Shown here: positions 8,483 through 17,750 of the stretch, one piece after another | How positions within the stretch are numbered: position 1 is the stretch's first letter | Layout of the letters: every line of letters starts with the position of its first letter | Assembly (NCBI GenBank): GCA_963666345.1 | Contig: OY762721.1 | Span: forward strand, 1,216,001 to 1,280,000 | Length of the DNA: 64,000 nucleotides | Source: Desulfatiglandales bacterium | Lineage (GTDB): Bacteria; Desulfobacterota; DSM-4660; Desulfatiglandales; Desulfatiglandaceae | Direction: 5' to 3' | The notes under the pieces: model-generated | Databases searched by the model: none | What the model was told of the DNA's origin: nothing | Seen by the model: the letters and a program-made list of their open reading frames with translations, nothing else | Position numbers and translations under genes: made by a program

Positions 8483-10654
8483 ATGGATTGGAAAAACAGG
8501 GTATATTGCGGCTCCGTCGCTAAAGAGCATGTCGGCAGGCCGGTGCTTCTTATGGGTTGGATTGACGCCGTCCGTGACCATGGAAATCTGCTCTTTATCC
8601 ATCTCAGGGATATCAAAGGAATAGCGCAGGTGGTATTTGACCCCGGGAAAGGCCTTGAGATGTACGACAGGGCTGTAACGCTGAAGATAGAAGATGTCGT
8701 ACGGATAAGAGGCATGGTCTCGGAGCGCGCCGAGGAAACGGTCAACGCAAATCTTGATACAGGGCGCTTCGAGGTCTTTGCCGACGATCTTGAGATTCTT
8801 TCCCGTTCTTCCTCACTTCCGTTTCAACTGTCTGAAAAGGCGATACTCTTTGGCGATGAAACAGAGGCGAACCCGGAAAAAGTGGATGAGGAACTGAGGC
8901 TTAAATACAGGTACCTTGATCTGAGGAGGCCGTCGGTTCAGGCCATCTTCAAAAAGAGGTATGAGATAATAAAGAGCATACGCGATTTCTTCCATGAACT
9001 TGGTTTCCTTGAACTTGAAACACCTGTTCTGACCAAAAGCACACCTGAAGGCGCCAGGGATTATCTCGTGCCCAGCCGCTTGCACAGCGGTAAATTCTAT
9101 GCCCTTCCTCAGTCTCCCCAGCTCTTTAAACAACTGTTCATGGTAGGCGGAATGGACCGTTATTTTCAAATCGTCCGCTGTTTCAGGGACGAGGATCTCA
9201 GACCGAACCGCCAGCCGGAATTTACCCAGATGGACATGGAGGCCTCCTTCGTAGACGAAGAGTTCATCTACGAGACGGTGGAAAAACTCATATGCCGCAT
9301 ATTCAGCATCGGAGGGATTGAACTGGAAGCCCCCTTTCCAAGGATGAAATACAGGGATGCTATTGAAAGATACGGAACGGACAGGCCTGATATCAGATAC
9401 GAAATGGCCTTTGAAGAGGTGTCGGACATTTTGGCAGAGACTCGATATGCCATCTTCAGGAAGATTCTTGCCGCAGGCGGTTGCGTAAAAGGTTTCTGTA
9501 TAAAGGGCAAAGCGGATGTCATGAGCAAAAATCTTCTCCAGAACGAGTATGCCATGAGGATTGTTCCCGCCCTGGGAGGCGATGGAATGACCTGGATGAA
9601 GGTAACCGCCGGGGGTCTGGAATCAAATATCGTTCAGTTCTTCAGTCCGAATGAACAGGAAGATATAGTAAAAAGGTTTGCCGCTGAAAAAGGTGACGTG
9701 ATCATGATGATCGCGGACAGCTCAAGGGAACTTGTAAACAGCGTGCTATGCGACTTGAGGATAAATGTCGCGCACAGACTCGGCCTCATTCCCGACAATC
9801 TGTTTTGCCCCCTGTGGGTTACTGAATTTCCCCTTTTCGAACTTAAAGACGACGAGCTAAGTTCCCAGCATCATCCTTTTACCATGCCTGAAAGGGCGGA
9901 TTTTGACCCTGATGACAAAGAAGAAATGCTGGGCCTCAATTCCAGGGCCTATGATCTTGTAATGAACGGGGAAGAACTGGGTGGCGGAAGCATCCGTATT
10001 CACAGGATGGACATTCAGGAAAAGATCTTCAAGGCGCTCGGACTTTCAAAAAGCGAGATCGAAAATAAGTTCGGCTTTTTTCTCAAGGCACTCCGGTTCG
10101 GCGCACCACCGCACGCAGGACTTGCACTCGGCATGGACAGGGTGATCGCGATGATCCTGAACACCTCCTCTATCAGGGAGGTGATCGCCTTTCCCAAAAA
10201 CCGCAGCGCCTTCTGTCCTCTAACAGAGGCGCCTTCGAGCGTGAGCCGGGCCCAGTTGAAAGAACTGGACCTCGGCACTGCAAAGGGAATAAAACCTCTT
10301 ATAAAAAGATCAATGGAATCCGAAGTTCAGCAAATCACCGAAAGGCCGCATGAGGAATCGGAAGGGATCTCCATGAATGATGTAAGCCATGTTGCAAGAC
10401 TTGCAAGACTCAGGCTCACAGAAGAAGAGAAAAGGACCTATAAGAAAGACCTTGATGACATACTGGGATATGTTGAGACACTCAAGGAGCTCGACACATC
10501 CAAGGTGAGCCCTATGAGCCATGTCTTCAAATCCCGCAATGTCTGGCGGGATGACAGGGCCGGACGACACCCTGATGACAGCGAAGGCATCTTGAATAAT
10601 GCCCCTCAAAGGGAAGAAAACGGATTTAAGGTTCCGAAAATCCTGGAAGGCTGA
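8483..10654 (+). CDS. aspS: Aspartyl-tRNA synthetase fused to C-terminal GatC
   Basis: RDHG, STPEGARDYLVP, LPQSPQLFKQL, FRDEDLR, GAPPHAGLALGMDR; then a linker and GatC-like VSHVARLARL...ILGYVETLKELDT...NVWRDD...NAP...FKVPKI. Confidence 0.95.
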   Translation: MDWKNRVYCGSVAKEHVGRPVLLMGWIDAVRDHGNLLFIHLRDIKGIAQVVFDPGKGLEMYDRAVTLKIEDVVRIRGMVSERAEETVNANLDTGRFEVFADDLEILSRSSSLPFQLSEKAILFGDETEANPEKVDEELRLKYRYLDLRRPSVQAIFKKRYEIIKSIRDFFHELGFLELETPVLTKSTPEGARDYLVPSRLHSGKFYALPQSPQLFKQLFMVGGMDRYFQIVRCFRDEDLRPNRQPEFTQMDMEASFVDEEFIYETVEKLICRIFSIGGIELEAPFPRMKYRDAIERYGTDRPDIRYEMAFEEVSDILAETRYAIFRKILAAGGCVKGFCIKGKADVMSKNLLQNEYAMRIVPALGGDGMTWMKVTAGGLESNIVQFFSPNEQEDIVKRFAAEKGDVIMMIADSSRELVNSVLCDLRINVAHRLGLIPDNLFCPLWVTEFPLFELKDDELSSQHHPFTMPERADFDPDDKEEMLGLNSRAYDLVMNGEELGGGSIRIHRMDIQEKIFKALGLSKSEIENKFGFFLKALRFGAPPHAGLALGMDRVIAMILNTSSIREVIAFPKNRSAFCPLTEAPSSVSRAQLKELDLGTAKGIKPLIKRSMESEVQQITERPHEESEGISMNDVSHVARLARLRLTEEEKRTYKKDLDDILGYVETLKELDTSKVSPMSHVFKSRNVWRDDRAGRHPDDSEGILNNAPQREENGFKVPKILEG

Positions 10655-10657
10655 AAA

Positions 10658-12115
10658 ATGGAACTGTGCGATATGACGGCATCCGAACTTCTTCGAATGC
10701 TCAAAAAAGGGAGTGTCAACTCCGTTGAAATCCTGCGCTCCGTCCTTAAAAGGACTCAAGAAAGGGAGACGTCTCTAAATTGTTTTATAACAAGGACAGG
10801 GAAAACCGCGCTCGATCAGGCTGAAGAGGCGGACAGCCGGATAAGGCAGGCAGGGGATATTCCCCTTTTAAACGGCATACCGGTTGCCGTAAAAGACAAC
10901 CTGTGTACCAGAGGCATAAGGACGACCTGCGGTTCAAAGATCCTTTACAATTATATCCCGCCCTACAACGCCACATGCGTTGAAAAAATATTCGACCAGG
11001 GCGCGATCATGGTGGGCAAGACCAATCTTGACGAGTTCGGAATGGGCTCTTCAACCGAAAACAGCGCCTTCGGGCCGACCAGGAATCCCTTGAATCCCGA
11101 ATTTGTTGCAGGCGGCTCAAGCGGCGGGTCCGCTGCGGCGGTTGCATCAGGTGAAACGATTCTTGCCCTTGGTACCGACACGGGAGGGTCTATCCGCCTG
11201 CCTGCCGCCTTCTGTGGAATTGTCGGAATAAAGCCTACCTATGGAAGGGTATCCAGATACGGTCTTGTATCCTACGCATCCTCTCTTGATCAGGTGGGGG
11301 CCCTGGGCAGAAGTGTCGAAGACTGCGGCCTTGTCTTGAATGCGGTCTGCGGAAAGGATCCGAGGGACTCCACATCCGTTGAACTTGAAAGACCTGGTTT
11401 TCTCGATTCAATAGAAAAGGGCGTCAGGGGAGTCAGGATCGGCCTTCCAAAGGAATATTTCGTGGAGGGCATGAACAGCGGGGTCAGGGATAACATACTG
11501 AGGGCGGTTGAAGGACTCGAAAGGGAAGGTGCCCGGATAATCGACATATCCCTTCCTCACACCAAGTACGCCATAAGTTCCTATTACCTTATAGCAACGG
11601 CGGAGGCAAGCAGCAATCTGGCCAGGTACGACGGGGTCAAGTATGGTTTCAGGGCCGGGGGCGAGACGTCGGATCTATTGGAGATGTATGAGGCAACCAG
11701 GAGCGAAGGTTTTGGAAGCGAGGTAAAGAGACGTATCATACTGGGCAGTTATGTGCTTTCAGCCGGCTATTACGACGCCTATTACATAAAGGCCCAAGAG
11801 ACAAGAAGGCTGATAAACAACGACTTTGAGAGGGCCTTTGAAAAGGTGGACTGTCTCATAACCCCTGTATCCCCCTTTCTTCCCTTCAGGCTTGGCGAAA
11901 AGATCGAAGAGCCGCTACAGATGTACCTGGTGGATATCTACACCGTGTCGGTAAATCTCTGCGGGCTGCCCGGCATGAGCATAAACTGCGGGAAATCGGA
12001 AGGACTTCCGGTTGGATTTCAGATAATCGGAAGGCCCTTTGATGAAAACATGGTGCTCAGAGTGGGCAGGGCTCACGAAATTATATCAAAAGCAAACGCA
12101 TCCGCCGAAGTATAA
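10658..12115 (+). CDS. gatA: Asp/Glu-tRNA amidotransferase subunit A
   Basis: Amidase signature KDN, GGSSGGSAAAVA, GTDTGGSIR; SSNLARYDG; EVKRRI. Confidence 0.96.
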   Translation: MELCDMTASELLRMLKKGSVNSVEILRSVLKRTQERETSLNCFITRTGKTALDQAEEADSRIRQAGDIPLLNGIPVAVKDNLCTRGIRTTCGSKILYNYIPPYNATCVEKIFDQGAIMVGKTNLDEFGMGSSTENSAFGPTRNPLNPEFVAGGSSGGSAAAVASGETILALGTDTGGSIRLPAAFCGIVGIKPTYGRVSRYGLVSYASSLDQVGALGRSVEDCGLVLNAVCGKDPRDSTSVELERPGFLDSIEKGVRGVRIGLPKEYFVEGMNSGVRDNILRAVEGLEREGARIIDISLPHTKYAISSYYLIATAEASSNLARYDGVKYGFRAGGETSDLLEMYEATRSEGFGSEVKRRIILGSYVLSAGYYDAYYIKAQETRRLINNDFERAFEKVDCLITPVSPFLPFRLGEKIEEPLQMYLVDIYTVSVNLCGLPGMSINCGKSEGLPVGFQIIGRPFDENMVLRVGRAHEIISKANASAEV

Positions 12116-12201
12116 ATAATTCCGGCAAAAAGGAGCAAACAGCCGGGCCAAGAGAACCGGGTTTTCCATAATGAAATAACAGTGGCTCAGGGATGGTACG
12201 G

Positions 12202-13662
12202 ATGGAATATGAAGTAATAATATGTTTTGAAACACATGTCGAACTAAAGACTGAAACCAAGCTCTTCTGTGACTGCAGGGTCGATTACGGCTCGCCTCCG
12301 AACACGCATATATGCCCTGTATGCACAGGTCAGCCGGGCTCGCTTCCCGTTCTCAACAAAAAGGCCGTGGAATATGCCGTAAAGGCGGGCCTTGCACTTG
12401 ACTGCGACATAAACCGGCTGTCCAAATTTGCAAGGAAAAATTACTTCTATCCCGACCTGCCGAAGGGATACCAGATCTCGCAGTTTGAGCTTCCATTCTG
12501 CGAAAACGGACATATGGAAATCACAGGGGATGACGGCAGTCCTTACGATGTCGGGATAAGGAGGATACACCTTGAAGAAGATGCCGGCAAGATGGTGCAT
12601 TCATCAGGTTCGCTCGAATCCTCCAGCTACAGCATCGTGGATTACAACCGCTCAAGCATCCCTCTTCTGGAAATTGTGGCGGATCACACTAAAAACCCCT
12701 TGAGGTCCGTGAACGAGGCCATGAATTACCTTGAAAAGCTCCGTCAGACCCTGAGATATATCGACATAAGCGACTGCCTCATGGAAAAGGGGCAACTTCG
12801 GTGCGACGTCAATGTCTCCATACGCAGGAAGGGGTCTGAAAGCTTCGGTGACAGAGTGGAGATAAAAAACATGTCTTCATTCAGATTCATCGCCCATGCC
12901 CTGGAATATGAAATAGACAGACAGACGGACATCATGGAATCGGGAGGAGAAATTCATCAGGAAACCAGGCTCTTTGACGAGGCCAAAAAGATAACCGTCC
13001 CGATGCGTTCCAAGGAAGACGCCCCTGACTACAGGTATTTTCCTGATCCTGACCTGCTGGAAGTAGAGATTGACCAGGAATTCCTTCAGCGAATCGAGGA
13101 TTCCATGCCTGAACTTCCGGATCAGAAGATAAGACGGGTCCGGGAGACCTACGGTATTCCCCAAAAAGACGCCTTGATTATCGCCAGGACAAGGGAAATC
13201 TCAGACTACTTTGAAAACTGCGCACTCAGTTGCGATGATTCCGCAAAACTTGCCACCTGGATCATAAAAGACCTATTCAGGCTTCTCAATGAAAGCTCTC
13301 TTGACATCAAGAGTTGTCCGGTGCCGCCTCAAAATTTTTCCCGTCTCATAAATATCCTGGCTCAAGGAGTCATTACCGAAAGCGCCGGAAGAACGGTCCT
13401 GGATGAGATGTTCAGGAACGGAGGAAGACCGGACGAGATAGTTGAAAGGATGGGTCTCAAGGCGATCCAGGACATGGAAAGTCTTGGGAAAATGGTCTCA
13501 GAGGTAATCGACGCCCACCCTGAGGTGGCAGGCAGGATAAGACAGGGCAGGCAGGAGCCGATTAATTTCCTGGTCGGTCAGATCATGAAAAAGACCCGAG
13601 GCAAGGCGGATGCCAGGAAACTGAGAAAACTGCTGAGGGAAGCGCTCCTTTTAGATGAGTAA
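12202..13662 (+). CDS. gatB: Asp/Glu-tRNA amidotransferase subunit B
   Basis: TKLFC, RKNYFYPDLPKGYQISQ, HLEEDAGK, RCDVNVS, DYRYFPDPDL. Confidence 0.96.
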   Translation: MEYEVIICFETHVELKTETKLFCDCRVDYGSPPNTHICPVCTGQPGSLPVLNKKAVEYAVKAGLALDCDINRLSKFARKNYFYPDLPKGYQISQFELPFCENGHMEITGDDGSPYDVGIRRIHLEEDAGKMVHSSGSLESSSYSIVDYNRSSIPLLEIVADHTKNPLRSVNEAMNYLEKLRQTLRYIDISDCLMEKGQLRCDVNVSIRRKGSESFGDRVEIKNMSSFRFIAHALEYEIDRQTDIMESGGEIHQETRLFDEAKKITVPMRSKEDAPDYRYFPDPDLLEVEIDQEFLQRIEDSMPELPDQKIRRVRETYGIPQKDALIIARTREISDYFENCALSCDDSAKLATWIIKDLFRLLNESSLDIKSCPVPPQNFSRLINILAQGVITESAGRTVLDEMFRNGGRPDEIVERMGLKAIQDMESLGKMVSEVIDAHPEVAGRIRQGRQEPINFLVGQIMKKTRGKADARKLRKLLREALLLDE

Positions 13663-13729
13663 AATCAAGGAAGCCTGTCACTATAAAAGATGGCGGAGCA
13701 AAGCGACTCAGCCATTTCAGAAACTTCAA

Positions 13730-13778
13730 ACTTTAGTCACTTTAGTCACTCTAGTCACTTTAGTCACTTTAGTCACTT
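13730..13778. repeat. 9-bp tandem repeat (ACTTTAGTC) x5
   Basis: Five units, one with a T>C change, between gatB and the next gene. Confidence 0.9.
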
Positions 13779-13884
13779 ATCATAGGCATTTATGCCGATC
13801 CATTAACACAGCATCATCTTTGCCGGCCCGGATAAAAAAACCAGGTTTACTGTAATTAAATAAACCCTCCCAGGTTTGATCGAC

Positions 13885-15519
13885 ATGCGCATCATATACG
13901 CAACCGATATCCATCATGCATTGAGACAGCTGGAAGAGCTTTTTAAAAGGACCGATCCGGATCTCTATATCATCGCAGGAGATCTGGCATACCGTGCCTT
14001 TTACAGGTACAAAACCGCATGGCGCCTTATTGAGCTTGAGCAGATACTGAAAAGATACGGCAAGGATGGGCAGAGCCTCCTTGAGACGGCCTGCGAAATA
14101 TGCGTTACAAAAAATGAGGGTTCGCATTACGAAAGGGCCCTGGAATACCTTGACCTGGCACGTAAGGCAGAGGATTTTCTAAAAAAGACCTACCTGAAGA
14201 TCGAACGCATAATAGAGCACACCTCAAAGGCCCCCGTTTATGTGCTTCCGGGAAACTATGACATGGATCTTAACGAGACCCCCCTATCCGGACGCAACCT
14301 CCACCTTGATTTTATAGATTTCAAGGGCCTTCGCATAGCCGGTTACGGCGGCGCGAAGGTTCACACGCCCGGAATCCCGGAACACCTTCAGGTTCCCTTT
14401 ATAGAGAATAAAGGCCCGGAGGGGGTCATTTCCGAGGCATTTGATTTTTTTACCGGTTGCCGCCCCCAGATACTGGTCACCCATGAACCACCCTATGGGC
14501 ACCTTGATTTCCTGAAAGGGTACGGTAATGCCGGAAGCGAGGGAATCAGAAGATATATCGATGAAAAAAAGACGGTCGCCGTGCTTTCGGGACACTACCA
14601 CGAACAGTGGGGCGCCGTGAACGCGGGCGGAACCGTGATATTCAATCCTTCCAATTTCGGAAGGACATTGGAATTGACAAGGACACGGCGTGGAGGCAAT
14701 TTCCTCCAGCTGGAACTGAAAGGCGGGCATATCGAAGAGGCGCAGCTCCGCCGTCTGGAAAAGGAGGACATCTATCCTGTAGTACATTATGAGCCTTCAG
14801 GCAGCGGATTCAGATCCATAATACTGGATGAAAAGAGATACGCGGCTATGGGAGGCAAAATCCGGAAAACCATCCATATAAGGCCTATAAGGCAGCTCAG
14901 GAAGGTAAAATCCTTTTTCCTTCAATATGAAACCGAGCAAACGATCCAGTTGATAGACAAGCTTGAATCTATAATTGAGGAGCTGAGAGGAGAAGGCATG
15001 GAGATCGCCTTTGACCTGCTCGGATCCCTCAATTTCGGCATGGCCGGAAAAGGCTCCGACATAGACCTGGTCCTCTATCTGAGGGGAAGGGATTGTGTCC
15101 TGGATAGAGAGGATACATGTGCACTTCCCAGACCGGTAGAGGCGGTATTCAAAGGGCTCAATAAACGCGACATTGAAATCGATGTCTGCGACAGTCTTGA
15201 TCTCGACAGAATCGGCAGGGCAATTATTGAAGAAAACAAAGAAGACGGTCAGCTCCAAAGGTTTATTTTCTACAGGACCGTGTGCAGGCCGGTAAACCTC
15301 AAAACCATCAAGGCCGTTGAAAACCTGCTCCTTGGAAAAGAAAATTTTCGGCGGAAGGTTGAAGTCTCTCTCAAGGAACATATCGAGATCCTGGTCTCCT
15401 CGGTCAGGCATGTCAGATCCTTTGATAAGTACGGCACCAGACTTCGCGAAATGGGGGTAAAAGTATCTCCGGATGTTGAAGAGGCCATAAAGAACTATCT
15501 AAGGGGTCGGAAAGAATGA
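13885..15519 (+). CDS. Calcineurin-like metallophosphoesterase fused to Pol-beta-type nucleotidyltransferase
   Basis: N-terminal DIH, GDL, GNYD, THEPP, GHYHE; C-terminal LLGSLNFGMAGKGSDIDL plus a third Asp in IDVCD. Confidence 0.8.
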   Translation: MRIIYATDIHHALRQLEELFKRTDPDLYIIAGDLAYRAFYRYKTAWRLIELEQILKRYGKDGQSLLETACEICVTKNEGSHYERALEYLDLARKAEDFLKKTYLKIERIIEHTSKAPVYVLPGNYDMDLNETPLSGRNLHLDFIDFKGLRIAGYGGAKVHTPGIPEHLQVPFIENKGPEGVISEAFDFFTGCRPQILVTHEPPYGHLDFLKGYGNAGSEGIRRYIDEKKTVAVLSGHYHEQWGAVNAGGTVIFNPSNFGRTLELTRTRRGGNFLQLELKGGHIEEAQLRRLEKEDIYPVVHYEPSGSGFRSIILDEKRYAAMGGKIRKTIHIRPIRQLRKVKSFFLQYETEQTIQLIDKLESIIEELRGEGMEIAFDLLGSLNFGMAGKGSDIDLVLYLRGRDCVLDREDTCALPRPVEAVFKGLNKRDIEIDVCDSLDLDRIGRAIIEENKEDGQLQRFIFYRTVCRPVNLKTIKAVENLLLGKENFRRKVEVSLKEHIEILVSSVRHVRSFDKYGTRLREMGVKVSPDVEEAIKNYLRGRKE

Positions 15520-15776
15520 GGACCTGCCCCTGTACCTCGATCACCTGCAGAATCCACCATCTCATAGACATACAAACAGCAGCTTGAAACTCCATAGCCC
15601 CACGGCACCGGCAGGATGCCGGATGAAAGCTCAGCCGGAATACAGCGCGCGCGGAACAACAACCAAACGCCGCCCGTTACACCTTGATGGTGTTTCAGTC
15701 GGCTTTCTATAATATTGACAAGCCCTGTTTCACCCCCCTATACTTATTTTTTCACCCAGGCAACAGGAGACCGCGG

Positions 15777-17675
15777 ATGAATTACAGAAAGAACAGAGGG
15801 ATATCCTACTGGCCGGACAGATATGTGGCCAAACGCCGAAGCGCCACTGAGGCGATCGGCCTGATAAAGAGAGGCCAGAGGGTCTTTATCTCCTCTTTTT
15901 GCGGTGAACCGCAGGCCCTGGTAAAGGAACTCTCCTCGCAGTCGAACTGCTTTACGGATCTTGAGATCATCAGGGTTTTCAGTCTCGAAACGACCCCCCT
16001 GTCAATTATCGCCGACCGGACGTCCTGCCAAAGTTTCAACCTGAGGTCCTTCTATCTCGGTTCCGCCAAACCCAAAGCCATTTCACAGATGAAGCGCTTT
16101 ATAACGCCCATAAACCTTTCAGCCGTTCCTCGGCTTTTTAAGAGCAGGAGGGTGCCTATTCATGTCGCCCTCATCCAGGCATCCGAGCCGGATGATTTCG
16201 GATGGATGAGCCTGGGGGTCAGTGTGGATGTAACCTATTCGGCAGTCCACTCGGCGGACCTTGTTATCGTCCAGGTAAACAGAAAGATGCCTCGAGTTTT
16301 AGGCAGAAGCTTCATCCATGTAAACGAAGTGGATATCATCGTGGAACATGACGAAGAACTTATATCGATAGGCAGGGCTCCGGAATTCGAATCGGCCCAC
16401 AAGATTGCAGGACAGGTCGCAAAATTAATCGAAGACGGATCCACAATGCAGATAAGCCTGGGTTCCACGCCGCAGGCGCTGCTGCTTGCCCTTTCGGAAA
16501 AAAACGACCTGGGGATACACACACAATTCCTCACGGATACGATTATGAGCCTCTATTCCAAAGGAGTAATAACAAACAGGGTCAAAGGTATCAACGAGGG
16601 AAAGCTGGTAGCCAGCGGGGCCATAGGATCAAAAGATCTCTACGAATTTCTGGACGATAACCCGGCGATCGAATTTCATCCTTCCGATTATGTGAACGAC
16701 CCATCCGTTATCTCCAGACACAATAAGATGGTGGCCCTTAATGTTGTCATGGCAATGGATCTCACCGGCCAGGCGGCTGCCGACGCGCTTCCCTATAATC
16801 ACTACTCGGGCGTCAGTGGAATCATGGATTTTGTAAGGGGTTCAAGCCAGTCCCCGGGAGGCAAAAGCATCCTTATGCTCCCGTCCGCCACAATGGACGG
16901 TAAAAGCAGCAGAATCGTACCTAACCTAAGCGACATACCGGTGGTAATTCCCCGTGGTGATGTCCAGTATGTGGCGACCGAGTATGGAGTGGTGAACCTT
17001 TTCGGCAAAAGCCTCCAGGAACGGGCAATCGCTATGATTAGGATAGCCCACCCCGACTTCAGAGACGAACTCTTTAACAGGGCCAAAGAGTCAGGCCTTC
17101 TGGGTCCGGAACGCTCACTGTCGGATACACTCAAAAGCGTCTATCCCCAGAACATAGAAGAAACACGCATTATAGATTCGATAAAAGTGCTTTTCAGGCC
17201 ATCTTTTCCGACCGATGAGAGAAACATTCAGGAGCACTTCTATAACCTGGACCGCAGGGACATTGTAAAAAGGTTCTTCCATGAAAAAACCGCTTTTTTG
17301 AGAGATGATATCGCAGACGTATTCGAAATAGACTACGTTCACGATATGTCGATACTCGCTGTTATCGGCGAACCCGGATTTGAAAAGGTAATAGGCATCG
17401 GAGGTTATTTTCTCGATAGAAGCACAAACATGGTGGAGGCCTATTATTCCGTGGACAAGACATGGAGGCGCAAAGGCATATCTACCGTTATCCAGGACAA
17501 ACTTGTTCGGACATCCCGGGATAAAGGCATCAAGGGGGTCATTGTTTATACCACTCCCGACAACCAGGAGATGATAAGACTTTTCAACAAACTGCCCTAC
17601 AAAGTGGAGACATGCTTTGACCGGGAAAGAGGTTTTATGCTCAAGACCTTCTTCGACAAATCCCTGGAGGCTTAG
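15777..17675 (+). CDS. Acetyl-CoA hydrolase/transferase-like domain fused to GNAT acetyltransferase (paralog 1)
   Basis: SLGVSVD, IEDGSTMQI, VATEYGVVNLFGKSLQERA..IAHPDFR; C-terminal GNAT VDKTWRRKGIS. AGGAG upstream of ATG 15777. Confidence 0.9.
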   Translation: MNYRKNRGISYWPDRYVAKRRSATEAIGLIKRGQRVFISSFCGEPQALVKELSSQSNCFTDLEIIRVFSLETTPLSIIADRTSCQSFNLRSFYLGSAKPKAISQMKRFITPINLSAVPRLFKSRRVPIHVALIQASEPDDFGWMSLGVSVDVTYSAVHSADLVIVQVNRKMPRVLGRSFIHVNEVDIIVEHDEELISIGRAPEFESAHKIAGQVAKLIEDGSTMQISLGSTPQALLLALSEKNDLGIHTQFLTDTIMSLYSKGVITNRVKGINEGKLVASGAIGSKDLYEFLDDNPAIEFHPSDYVNDPSVISRHNKMVALNVVMAMDLTGQAAADALPYNHYSGVSGIMDFVRGSSQSPGGKSILMLPSATMDGKSSRIVPNLSDIPVVIPRGDVQYVATEYGVVNLFGKSLQERAIAMIRIAHPDFRDELFNRAKESGLLGPERSLSDTLKSVYPQNIEETRIIDSIKVLFRPSFPTDERNIQEHFYNLDRRDIVKRFFHEKTAFLRDDIADVFEIDYVHDMSILAVIGEPGFEKVIGIGGYFLDRSTNMVEAYYSVDKTWRRKGISTVIQDKLVRTSRDKGIKGVIVYTTPDNQEMIRLFNKLPYKVETCFDRERGFMLKTFFDKSLEA

Positions 17676-17750
17676 TAGAGCATTCCACCGTCTTAGCTGA
17701 TTTATTGAATTTTGTGAGACCTTACTATGAAATTAAAGGAGGATTATAAC

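Noticed and set aside
13730..13778. Possible CRISPR array
   Set aside because: Units are 9 bp and contiguous with no spacers; no cas genes.
13655..13855. 66-aa ORF with TLV repeats
   Set aside because: Simply the translation of the 9-bp tandem repeat; no evidence of coding.
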